Shown here: positions 12,121-21,339 of the stretch, one piece after another
Layout: each line of letters starts with the position of its first letter
Position numbering within the stretch: the first letter of the stretch is position 1
Assembly: GCF_964213995.1 (NCBI RefSeq)
Contig: NW_027590405.1
Span: 186,001 to 229,914 of the forward strand
DNA length: 43,914 bases
Reading direction: 5' to 3'
Source of the DNA: Mustelus asterias
Lineage: Eukaryota
Program-made: the position numbers and the translations under genes
Notes under the pieces: model-generated
Told to the model about the DNA's origin: nothing
What the model saw: only the letters and a program-made list of their open reading frames with translations
The model's database searches: none

Positions 12121-12760
12121 CAACCCACCCCCCCCACCAGGGACAGAGTGGCCCCGCCCACCCCCCCAGCAGGGACAAAGTGGCCCCGTCCCCCCAGCAG
12201 GGACAGAGTGGCCCCGCCCACCCCCCAGCAAGGCAGAGTGGCCCCGCCCGTGCCCCCAGCAGGGGCAGAGTGGTCCCGCCCACCCCCCCAGCAGGGCAGA
12301 GTGGCCCCACCCCCCCAGCAGGGACAGAGTGGCCCCGCCCGCCCCCCCAGCAGAGCAGAGTGGCCCCGCCCACCCCCCCAGCAGGGCAGAGTGGCCCCAC
12401 CCCCCCAGCAGGGACAGAGTGGCCCCGCCCGCCCCCCCATCAGGGGCAGAGTGGCCTCGCCCTCCCCCCCAGCAGGGGCAGAGTGGCCCCGCCCACCCCC
12501 CCAGCAGGGGCAGAGTGGCCCCGCCCACCCACCCCAGCAGGGCAGAGTGGCCCTGCCCACCCACCCCAGCAGGGCAGAGTGGCCCCGCCCACCCACCCCA
12601 GCAGGGAAGAGTGGCCCCGCCCACCCACCCCAGCAGGGACAGAGTGGCCCCGCCCACCCACCCCAGCAGGGACAGAGTGGCCCCGCCCACCCACCCCAGC
12701 AGGGACAGAGTGGCCCCGCCCACCCACCCCAGGAGGGACAGAGTGGCCCCACCCACAGCC
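12121..12760. repeat. GC-rich about 30-bp tandem repeat (CCCCAGCAGGGACAGAGTGGCCCCGCCCAC)
   Basis: Directly visible; source of the Pro/Gly-rich spurious ORFs. Confidence 0.92.
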
Positions 12761-13510
12761 ACTGTTCTCAGCCCCGCCCCCTGCCCAGTAAATGACAGTC
12801 AGCTCCGCCCACAGACATTGTTCTCAGCCCCGCCCCGTCTGGTGGTTGACAGTCAGCTCCACCCACAGCCATTGTTCTCAGCCCCACCCCCTGCCCAGTG
12901 ATTAAGTCAGCTCCGCCCAGTCATTGTTCTCAGCCTCACCCCCTGACTGACAGTCAGCTCCGCCCACAGCCAGTGTTCTCAGCTCCACCCACGGCCATTG
13001 TTCTTGGCCCTGCCCAGTGAGTCACAGTCAGCTCCGCCCACAGACATTGTTCTCAGCCCCACCCCCTGCCCAGTGATTAAGTCAGCTCCGCCAAGTCATT
13101 GTTCTCAGCCTCACCCCCTGACTGACAGTCAGCTCCGCCCACAGCCAGTGTTCTCAGCCCCGCCCCCTGATTGACACTCAGCTCCACCCACGGCCATTGT
13201 TCTTGGCCCTGCCCCGAGTCAGTCAGCTCCGCCCACAGCCATTGTTGTCAGACCCACCCCTGCCCAGTGATTGACAGTCAGCTCCACCCAGTCATTGTTC
13301 TCAGCCTCACCCCCGACTGACAGTCAGCTCCGCCCACAGCCATTGTTCTCGTCCCCGCCCCCTGCCCGGTGATTGACAGTCAACCCTCCCCCCCCTTGCC
13401 TGGCGATTGGAAGTGAGCCCCGCCCAGCCATTGTCTTTAGTCCCGCCCCCTGCCCGGTGATTGGCAGTCCGCCGCCGCTGCCCCTCCTCCCCTGCCCGGT
13501 GATTGGCGGT
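12761..13510. repeat. Degenerate about 55-bp tandem repeat (CAGTCAGCTCCGCCCACAGCCATTGTTCTCAGCCCC...) in IPO4 intron 1
   Basis: Recurrent GACAGTCAGCTCCGCCC and CATTGTTCTCAGCC motifs. Confidence 0.8.
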
Positions 13511-13689
13511 TAGCCCGCCGCCCACGCGCCGCTGTTTGAAAAGCGCTCGCGCTGCGCCGCCACCTGGCAGTTGGCGCTCGAGCGCCAGGGGGAGTAACCG
13601 CCGCGGCTGCGGCCGGGCCTGGGCCTGTTCCCCCCCCCCTCAGGGTTAAACCCCCACATAAGACAACCACCCCCTCCATCCCCACACAC

Positions 13690-13755
13690 CTGCTGGATCA
13701 GGGCCGTGTCCGGCTCCAGCAAGTTGTTGAGGATCTTCTCCAGGAACTCCGCCAT
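13690..13755 (-). CDS. IPO4: Importin-4 coding exon 1 (MAEFLEKILNNLLEPDTALIQQ)
   Basis: Kozak context GCGATGG, donor CAG|gtgtgt, phase 0. Matches recalled IPO4 start LEQLLRELLLPDTERIRR and joins exons 2 and 3 in frame. Confidence 0.93.
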
Positions 13756-14430
13756 CGCCTCCCTCACACACACACACACTGTCACCGGCAACGTGCTTCC
13801 CCTCCGACTGCCTGCTGCAAGGCAGGAGGCGCCGCCCGAACCGGCTGAGTGGGAGCAACCGCCCACCAGGAGCGCCGCCCCGCGACTGGGAGGACTACGC
13901 GGCGGCCGCTACCTCAGGACCGCGCTGGCCCCGCCCACAATTATGAGGATGTCGCGCCAGCCCCGCCCCTAATGATGAGGTCAGCGCGGCCACGCCCCTC
14001 ATTATTTGGATGCCGCGCCTACCCCGCCCACAGTTGGTGGGAGGACCACGCCAGCCCCGCCCCCAATTGTTACGACAGGGCTGTTGGCCCCGCCCACAAT
14101 TCCTGAGGATTGCTTCAGCCCTGCCCCCAATTATGAGAAAGATCGCGCAGCCCCGCCCCCAGTTGGTGGGAGGACCGCGCCAGCCCCGCCCCCAGTGGCT
14201 GGGAGGACCGCGCCAGCCCCGCCCCCAGGGGCTGGGAGGAACGCGCCAGCCCCGCCCCCAGTGGCTGGGAGGACAACGCCGGCCCCGCCCCCAATTATGA
14301 GGATGTCGTGTCAGCCCTGCCCCCAATTCCTGTGAGAACTGCGCAGGCCCCGCCCATAATTATTGGGAGGCCCAAACTAGCCCCACCCCTAATTATTAGG
14401 ATTGTGCATCAGCCCCGCCCTCAATTAGTG
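13756..14430 (-). promoter_or_regulatory. CpG-rich IPO4 5' UTR/promoter with tandem GC boxes
   Basis: High CpG density; more than a dozen GCCCCGCCC (Sp/KLF) motifs in a degenerate about 36-bp repeat directly upstream of the ATG. Confidence 0.7.
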
Positions 14431-14434
14431 GGAG

Positions 14435-15842
14435 TTCGGAGACGGCGCCTCCTGTAGGTGGGAGGGGAAAACAGCGCCTCCTGTAGGTGGGAGGATGGAG
14501 ATGGCGCCTCCTGCAGGTGGGAGGGGAAAACAGCGCCTCCTGTAGGTGGGAGGACGGAGACAGCGCCTCCTGTAGGTGGGAGGATGGAGACGGCGCCTCC
14601 TGTAGGTGGGAGGGGAAAACAGCACCTCCTGTAGGTGGGAGGACGGAGACGGCGCCTCCTGTAGGTGGGAGGACGAAGATGGCGCCTCCTGTCGGTGGGA
14701 GGACTAAGAGGGTGCCTTCTGTAGGTGGGAGGACCGAGACGGCGCCTTCTGTAGGTGGGAGGACCGAGACGGCGCCTCCTGCAGGTGGGAAGACCGAGAC
14801 GGCGCCTCCTGTAGGTGGGAAGACCGAGACGGCGCCTCCTGTAGGTGGGAGGACCGAGACGGCGTCTCCTGTAGGTGGGAGGACGAAGATGGCGCCTCCT
14901 GTCGGTGGGAGGACTAAGAGGGTGCCTTCTGTAGGTGGGAGGACCGAGACGGCGCCTTCTGTAGGTGGGAGGACCGAGACGGCGCCTCCTGCAGGTGGGA
15001 GGACGAAGATGGCGCCTCCTGTCGGTGGGAGGACTAAGAGGGTGCCTTCTGTAGGTGGGAGGACCGAGACGGCGCCTTCTGTAGGTGGGAGGACCGAGAC
15101 AGCGCCTCCTGCAGGTGGGAAGACCGAGACGGCGCCTCCTGTAGGTGGGAGGACGGAGACGGCGCCTCCTGTAGGTGGGAGGACGGAGACGGCGCCTCCT
15201 GTAGGTGGGAGGACCAAGATGGCGCCTCCTGTCGGTGGGAGGACGGAGACGGCGCCTCCTGTAGGTGGGAGGACGAAGAGGGTGCCTTCTGTAGGTGGGA
15301 GGACCAAGACGGCGCCTTCTGTAGGTGGGAGGACCGAGACGGCGCCTCCTGTCGGTGGGAGGACCGAGACGGCGCCTCCTGCAGGTGGGAAGACCGAGAC
15401 GGCGCCTCCTGTAGGTGGGAGGACCGAGACGGCGCCTCCTGTAGGTGGGAGGACAGAGACGGCGCCTCCTGTAGGTGGGAGGACGGAGACGGCGCCTCCT
15501 GTAGGTGGGAGGACGGAGACAGTGCCTCCTGTAGGTGGGAGGACGGAGACGGCACCTCCTGTAGGTGGGAGGACGGAGACGGCGCCTCCTGTAGGTGGGA
15601 GGACGGAGACGGCGCCTCCTGTAGGTGGGAGGACGGAGACGGCGCCTCCTGTAGGTGGGAGGACGGAGACGGCGCCTCCTGTAGATTGGAGGACCGAGAC
15701 GGCGCCTCCTGTAGGTGGGAGGACGGAGACGGCGCCTCCTGTAGGTGGGAGGACGGAGACGGCGCCTCCTGTAGGTGGGAGGACGGAGACGGCGCCTCCT
15801 GTAGGTGGGAGGATGGAGACGGCACCTCCTGTAGGTGGGAGG
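14435..15842. repeat. 30-bp tandem minisatellite (GGAGGACGGAGACGGCGCCTCCTGTAGGTG, about 47 copies)
   Basis: Directly visible; the exact 30-bp period produces long spurious ORFs in several frames. Confidence 0.97.
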
Positions 15843-16328
15843 TCTCTTCACCTCCGTCCTAAATGGTCTACCCCGAATCCTCAGACTGTGACCCCCTGGT
15901 TCTGGACTCCCCCCACCATCGGGATCATCCTCCCTGCATCTACCCTGTCTCGTCCCGTTACCAAACCCCGCCCCCAATCCCCAAACCCCGCCCCCAATCC
16001 CCAAACCCCGCCCCCAATCCCCTGGTTCTGGACTCCCCCCACCATCGGGAACATCCTCCCTGCATCTACCCTGTCTAGCCCCGTTACCAAACCCCGCCCC
16101 CAATCCCCAAACCCCGCCCCCAATCCCCAAACCCCACCCCCAATCCCCAAACCCCGCCCCCAATCCCCAAACCCCACCCCCAATCCCCAAACCCCACCCC
16201 CAATCCCCAAACCCCGCCCCCAATCCCCTGGTTCTGGACTCCCCCCACCATCGGGAACATCCTCCCTGCATCTACCCTGTCCAGTCCTGTTAGAATTTGA
16301 TAAGTCTCTATGAGATTCCCCCCCTCAT
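15843..16328 (-). mobile_element. Older CR1 fragment (3' part) with internal duplications and a 20-bp G-rich repeat (ATTGGGGGCGGGGTTTGGGG on minus)
   Basis: LIETYQILTGLDRVDAGRMFPMVGG peptide repeated; continues on the other side of the intact LINE at 20287-20555. Confidence 0.8.
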
Positions 16329-16416
16329 AGAACATAGAACATTACAGCGCAGAACAGGCCCTTCGGCCCACGATGTTGCACCGACCAGTTAAAAAAAAAA
16401 ACTGTGACCCTCCAAC

Positions 16417-19236
16417 CTAAACCAATTTCTTTTCGTCCATGAACCTATCTACGGATCTCTTAAACGCCCCCAAACTAGGCGCATTTACTACTGATGCTGG
16501 CAGGGCATTCCAATCCCTCACCACCCTCTGGGTAAAGAACCTACCCCTGACATCGGTTCTATAACTACCCCCCCTCAATTTAAAGCCATGCCCCCTCGTG
16601 CTGGATTTCTCCATCAGAGGAAAAAGGCTATCACTATCCACCCTATCTAAACCTCTAATCATCTTATATGTTTCAATAAGATCCCCTCTTAGCCGCCGCC
16701 TTTCCAGCGAAAACAATCCCAAATCCCTCAGCCTCTCCTCATAGGATCTCCCCTCCATACCAGGCAACATCCTGGTAAACCTCCTCTGCACCCTCTCCAA
16801 AGCCTCCACATCCTTCCTGTAATGTGGGGACCAGAACTGCACACAGTACTCCAAGTGCGGCCGCACCAGAGTTGTGTACAGTTGCAACATAACGCTACGA
16901 CTCCTAAATTCAATCCCCCTACCAATAAACGCCAAGACACCATATGCCTTCTTAACAACCTTATCTACTTGATTCCCAACTTTCAGGGATCTATGCACAC
17001 ATACACCTAGATCCCTCTGCTCCTCCACACTATTCAAAGTCCTCCCGTTAGCCCTATACTCAACACATCTGTTATTCCTACCAAAGTGAATTACCTCACA
17101 CTTCTCCGCATTAAACTCCATCCGCCACCTCTCGGCCCAACTTTGCAACCTGTCTAAGTCTTCCTGCAGACTACGACACCCTTCCTCACTGTCTACCACA
17201 CCACCGACTTTGGTGTCATCAGCAAATTTGCTAATCCACCCAACTATACCCTCATCCAGATCATTAATAAATATTACAAACAGCAGTGGCCCCAAAACAG
17301 ATCCCTGAGGTACACCACTTGTAACCGCACTCCATGATGAATATTTACTATCAACCACCACCCTCTGTTTCCTATCCGCTAGCCAATTCCTGATCCAATT
17401 TCCTAGATCACCCCCAATCCCATACATCTGCATTTTCTGCAGAAGCCTACCATGGTGAACCTTATCAAACGCCTTACTAAAATCCATATATACCACGTCC
17501 ACTGCCTTGCCCCCATCCACCTCCTTGGTCACTTTCTCAAAAAACTCAATAAGGTTAGTAAGGCACGACCTACCTGCCACAAAACCATGCTGACTATCAC
17601 CTATCAATTCATTACTCTCCAAATAACTATAAATCCTATCCCTTATAATTTTTTCCAACATCTTGCCGACAACAGAAGTGAGACTCACCGGTCTATAATT
17701 CCCGGGGAAGTCTCTGTTCCCCTTCTTAAACAATGGGACAACATTCGCTAACCTCCAATCTTCTGGTACTATACCAGAGGCCAACGACGACCTGAAGATC
17801 AGAGCCAGAGGCTCTGCAATCACTTCTCTTGCCTCCCAGAGAATCCTTGGATAAATCCCATCCGGACCAGGGGATTTATCTATTTTCAGACCCTCCAGAA
17901 TATCCTGCACATCCTCCTTATCAACTGTAATACTGTCTATTCTACTCCCTTGCAACCCAGTGTCCTCCTCAGCTATATTCATGTCCCCTTGCGTGAACAC
18001 CGAAGAGAAATATTGGTTCAATGCTTCACCAATCTCCTCCGGTTCCACACATAACTTCCCTCTGCCATCTATAACTGGCCCTAAACTTGCCCTAACCAAC
18101 CTTCTGTTCTTGACATACCTATAGAACGCCTTAGGATTCTCTTTAACCCTATCCGCCAAAGTCTTCTCATGTCCCCTTTTAGCCCTTCTAAGCTCGCTCT
18201 TCAACTCCCTCTTAGCCAATCTAAAGCTTTCTAGTGCACTACCCGAGTGCTCACGTCTCATCCGAACATAAGCCTCCTTTTTCTTTTTAACCAACAAAGA
18301 AACTTTTTTGGTGCACCACGGTTCCCTAGCCCTACCAATTCCTCCTTGCCTGACAGGGACATACCTATCACAGACTCGCAGTAGCTGCTCCTTGAAAAAA
18401 CTCCACATGTCGGACGTTCCCAGTCCCTGTAATCTCCTAGTCCAACCTATGTTTCCTAATTCTCTCCTAATAGCCTCATAATTACCCTTCCCCCAGCTAA
18501 AACCACTGGCCCGAGGTTCATGCCTATCCCTTTCCATCACTAAGGTGAACGTAACCGAATTGTGGTCACTATCACCAAAATGCACACCAACGTCCAAGTC
18601 TAGCACCTGGTCTGGCTCATTTCCCAGCACCAGATCCAATATAGCCTCACCTCTAGTTGGCCTGTCTACATACTGAGTCAAAAAACCTTCCTGCACGCTT
18701 TGAACAAAAACTGACCCCTCTAACGAGCTAGAGCTATAACAATTCCAGTCAATATTAGTCAAGTTAAAATCCCCCATAACAATTGCCCTATTACTTTCAC
18801 TCCTAAGCAGGATTGACTCCGCAATCCTTTCCTCAACCTCTCTAGAACTTTTAGGAGGTCTATAAAAGACTCCCAACAGGGTGACCTCTCCTCTCCTATT
18901 TCTAATCTCCGCCCATACTACCTCAACAGATAAGTCCTCATCAAACCTCCTCTCTGACACTGTGATACAATCTCTGACCAATAATGCTACCCCTCCCCCT
19001 CTTCTACCTCCTTCCCTACTTCGACTAAAACATTTGAACCCCGGGACCTGCAGCATCCATTCCTGCCCCTGCTCTATCCATGTCTCTGAAATAGCCACAA
19101 CATCGAAGTCCCAGGTACTGATCCACGCTGCAAGTTCACCCACTTTATTGCGAATACTCCTGGCATTGAAGTATACACATTTCAAACCCTGCTCCACCCC
19201 ACCTCTGCAATGCCGTGCATTGCAGTCCCCATCCAT
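16417..19236 (-). CDS. LINE ORF2: APE endonuclease plus reverse transcriptase (939 aa)
   Basis: APE motifs YFNARS, ISETW, YRPP, MGDFN, LDLV, SDHN; RT motifs PGPDG, NYRPVSL, QHGF, DFSKAFD, GVPQGSVLGP, FADD; no stops or frameshifts. Confidence 0.95.
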   Translation of the reverse strand: MDGDCNARHCRGGVEQGLKCVYFNARSIRNKVGELAAWISTWDFDVVAISETWIEQGQEWMLQVPGFKCFSRSREGGRRGGGVALLVRDCITVSERRFDEDLSVEVVWAEIRNRRGEVTLLGVFYRPPKSSREVEERIAESILLRSESNRAIVMGDFNLTNIDWNCYSSSSLEGSVFVQSVQEGFLTQYVDRPTRGEAILDLVLGNEPDQVLDLDVGVHFGDSDHNSVTFTLVMERDRHEPRASGFSWGKGNYEAIRRELGNIGWTRRLQGLGTSDMWSFFKEQLLRVCDRYVPVRQGGIGRAREPWCTKKVSLLVKKKKEAYVRMRREHSGSALESFRLAKRELKSELRRAKRGHEKTLADRVKENPKAFYRYVKNRRLVRASLGPVIDGRGKLCVEPEEIGEALNQYFSSVFTQGDMNIAEEDTGLQGSRIDSITVDKEDVQDILEGLKIDKSPGPDGIYPRILWEAREVIAEPLALIFRSSLASGIVPEDWRLANVVPLFKKGNRDFPGNYRPVSLTSVVGKMLEKIIRDRIYSYLESNELIGDSQHGFVAGRSCLTNLIEFFEKVTKEVDGGKAVDVVYMDFSKAFDKVHHGRLLQKMQMYGIGGDLGNWIRNWLADRKQRVVVDSKYSSWSAVTSGVPQGSVLGPLLFVIFINDLDEGIVGWISKFADDTKVGGVVDSEEGCRSLQEDLDRLQSWAERWRMEFNAEKCEVIHFGRNNRCVEYRANGRTLNSVEEQRDLGVCVHRSLKVGNQVDKVVKKAYGVLAFIGRGIEFRSRSVMLQLYTTLVRPHLEYCVQFWSPHYRKDVEALERVQRRFTRMLPGMEGRSYEERLRDLGLFSLERRRLRGDLIETYKMIRGLDRVDSDSLFPLMEKSSTRGHGFKLRGGSYRTDVRGRFFTQRVVRDWNALPASVVNAPSLGAFKRSVDRFMDEKKLV

Positions 19237-19286
19237 GCATCCCTCACTTTCAGCCCCACTACTCAGGATCCCTCCCCCCCCCCGAA

Positions 19287-20216
19287 TCAGTTTAAACCTC
19301 CCTGCATGGCCTTAGCAAATTTACCCCCCAGGATATTGGTCCCCTTCTGATTAAGGTGTAGACCATCCTTCTCATAGAGGTCACACCTTCCCCAGTACGA
19401 GCCCCAATTGCTTAAGTACCTGAACCCCTCCCTCCTGCACCATCCCCTCAGCCATGAATTCAAACCTTCCCTCTCCCTATTCCTCTCTAAACTATCCCGT
19501 GGTACAGGCAAGAGTCCAGAGATAACCACTCTGTCAGTCTTGGCCTTTAGTTTCCACCCCAACTCCATAAATCCCTGCCTAATATCCCCTTCCCCTATCC
19601 TCCCTATGTCGTGTGTCCCCACATGTACAATAACTTGTGGTTTATCTCCCTCCCCCCTAAGAGTCCTGAATACCCTGTCAGACACATCCCGGACCCCAGC
19701 CCCTGGTAGGCAACACACCAACCCTGAGTCCCTACCTTTAGTTCCGACCCTCCTATCTGTCCCCTTAATTGTGGAGTCCCCAATCACAAGGCCCAGTCTT
19801 TTACAGCCCCTAACCACCTGAGCTTTCTCACTCGGCTCACCCCCAGAGATCTGCTCTCTATGCTCAGTTGATTCCTCCTCAACTGTAGCCTCCAGCACCG
19901 AAAACCTATTATGGAGGGGAACCGCCCCAGGGGATTGTCTTCCCGATTGCTTCTTACCCCTCCTCCTGGCATTGACCCAAGCCTCATTTCTAGGAGTTAC
20001 TATTTCTCTATAACTCCTATCAACTTCCACCTCCGCCTCCCGAATTATGCGGAGTTCCTCTACCTCCCCCTCCAGCTCCTTTACACGCTCCTCCAGAAGC
20101 TGCAATCTAATGCACTTCTTACAACTAAAATCTCCTGAAACACTACTGGATTTCCTCACCACATACATCCCACAGGAGATGCAGCATACTGCCTGAACTG
20201 CCATCCCTGAAGCCAT
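19287..20216 (-). CDS. LINE ORF1: N-terminal Cys finger/leucine zipper plus SGNH esterase domain
   Basis: First ATG at 20216 (MASGM); CxxC...CxxC, coiled coil LQLLEERVKELEGEVEEL, esterase blocks GDS, LPGA, VGTHD, DGLH; ends GLN*, typical of CR1 ORF1. Confidence 0.9.
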   Translation of the reverse strand: MASGMAVQAVCCISCGMYVVRKSSSVSGDFSCKKCIRLQLLEERVKELEGEVEELRIIREAEVEVDRSYREIVTPRNEAWVNARRRGKKQSGRQSPGAVPLHNRFSVLEATVEEESTEHREQISGGEPSEKAQVVRGCKRLGLVIGDSTIKGTDRRVGTKGRDSGLVCCLPGAGVRDVSDRVFRTLRGEGDKPQVIVHVGTHDIGRIGEGDIRQGFMELGWKLKAKTDRVVISGLLPVPRDSLERNREREGLNSWLRGWCRREGFRYLSNWGSYWGRCDLYEKDGLHLNQKGTNILGGKFAKAMQGGLN

Positions 20217-20751
20217 TACCAGCAAGAAAAAAAAGAAAACAAAAAAACTTCCCCACACTTCCCCAACTGTCACTCTCCACTGCAGTTCATTCGTCTGAAC
20301 TCCAGGGCAATCCTAACCTGGTCAATCTCTCCTCGTACATCAGTCCCGCCATCCCCGGGATCAGCCTGGGAAACCTTCGCTGCAACTCCCTCGAGAGCAA
20401 GAACATCCTTCCTCAGAAAAGGAGACCCAAACTGCACACAATACTCCAGGTGTGGCCTCACCAAGGCCCTGTATAATCGCAACAACACATCCCTGCTCCT
20501 GTACTCGAAACCTCTCGCAATGAAGGCCAACATACCATCTGCCTTCTTTACCGCCTGCTGCTAAAATTGCCCCTTCGTGTCCCCGGGATGCGTAGATTGG
20601 AGGGATTAGTGGGGTAAATGTGTGGGGTTACGGGGATAGGGCCTGGATGGGATTGTGATCGGTGCAGACTCGATGGGCCAAATGGCCTCCTTCTGCACTG
20701 TAGCGATTCTATGAAAAAAATTTTTGATGTGGCCTCAGCAAGGCCATGTAT

Positions 20752-21256
20752 AAACGCAGCAGTCACGGGCATTCAGCCTCTAATCTTCGGGTACGCGTTC
20801 TCCAAGGCGGCCTTCACGACACACGACAGCGCAGAGTCGCTGAGCAGAGACTGATAGCCAAGTTCCGCACACATGAGGACGGCCTAAACCGGGATGTTGG
20901 ATTTATGTCACATTATCAGTCACCCCCACAGCTTGCCTCCTGGACTTGCAGAACCTCACTGGCTGTCCTGTCTGGAGACAATCTCTGTAACCTGTACTGA
21001 ATGCTCCCTCCACCCACATTGTCTGTACCTTTAAGACCTGGTTGGCTGTAGGGATTCGCATTCTAATCAGTATTCTGTAACTTGATTTTGTGCCTCTGTG
21101 CCCTGTTTGGGAGCAGATTTCCACTCCATCTGACGAAGGAGCAGCGCTCCGAAAGCTAGTGGCATTTGCTACCAAATATACCTGTTGGACTTTAACCTGG
21201 TGTTGTTAAAACCCTTACTGTATTTACCCAAGTCCAACGCCAGCATCTCCACATCA
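20752..21256 (+). mobile_element. Penelope-like element 3' remnant inserted in a CR1 fragment
   Basis: Encodes GHSASNLRVRVLQGGLHDTRQRRVAEQRLIAKFRTHEDGLNRD (GIY-YIG C-terminus-like), followed by a terminal repeat with a hammerhead motif. Confidence 0.75.
21126..21162 (+). ncRNA. Minimal type I hammerhead ribozyme motif (Penelope-associated)
   Basis: CCAT-CTGACGA-A-GGAGC(AGC)GCTCC-GAAA-GCT-A-GTGG: both core boxes, 5-bp stem II, palindromic AGCT helix III, stem I CCAU/GUGG. Confidence 0.72.
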
Positions 21257-21339
21257 TAACTGCAGCAAGGCATCCTTACTCCTGTACTCAAATCCTCTTG
21301 CTATGAGTCCCAGGAAACTGGTACCACAGATAATAAAGG

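Larger units (their letters stand above)
16329..20286 (-). mobile_element. Near full-length CR1-clade LINE (HER1-like) with both ORFs intact
   Basis: ORF1 plus ORF2, 3' tail (GTTCTAT)n, flanked by TCAT at 16325-16328 and 20287-20290 inside an older CR1 copy. Confidence 0.93.

Noticed and set aside
11391-12901. Collagen-like or Gln/Pro-rich ORFs
   Set aside because: Arise from the 39-bp and about 30-bp tandem repeats in IPO4 intron 1.
14396-16313. Long Pro/Arg-rich ORFs on both strands
   Set aside because: Translations of the 30-bp and 20-bp repeats; no splice or domain support.
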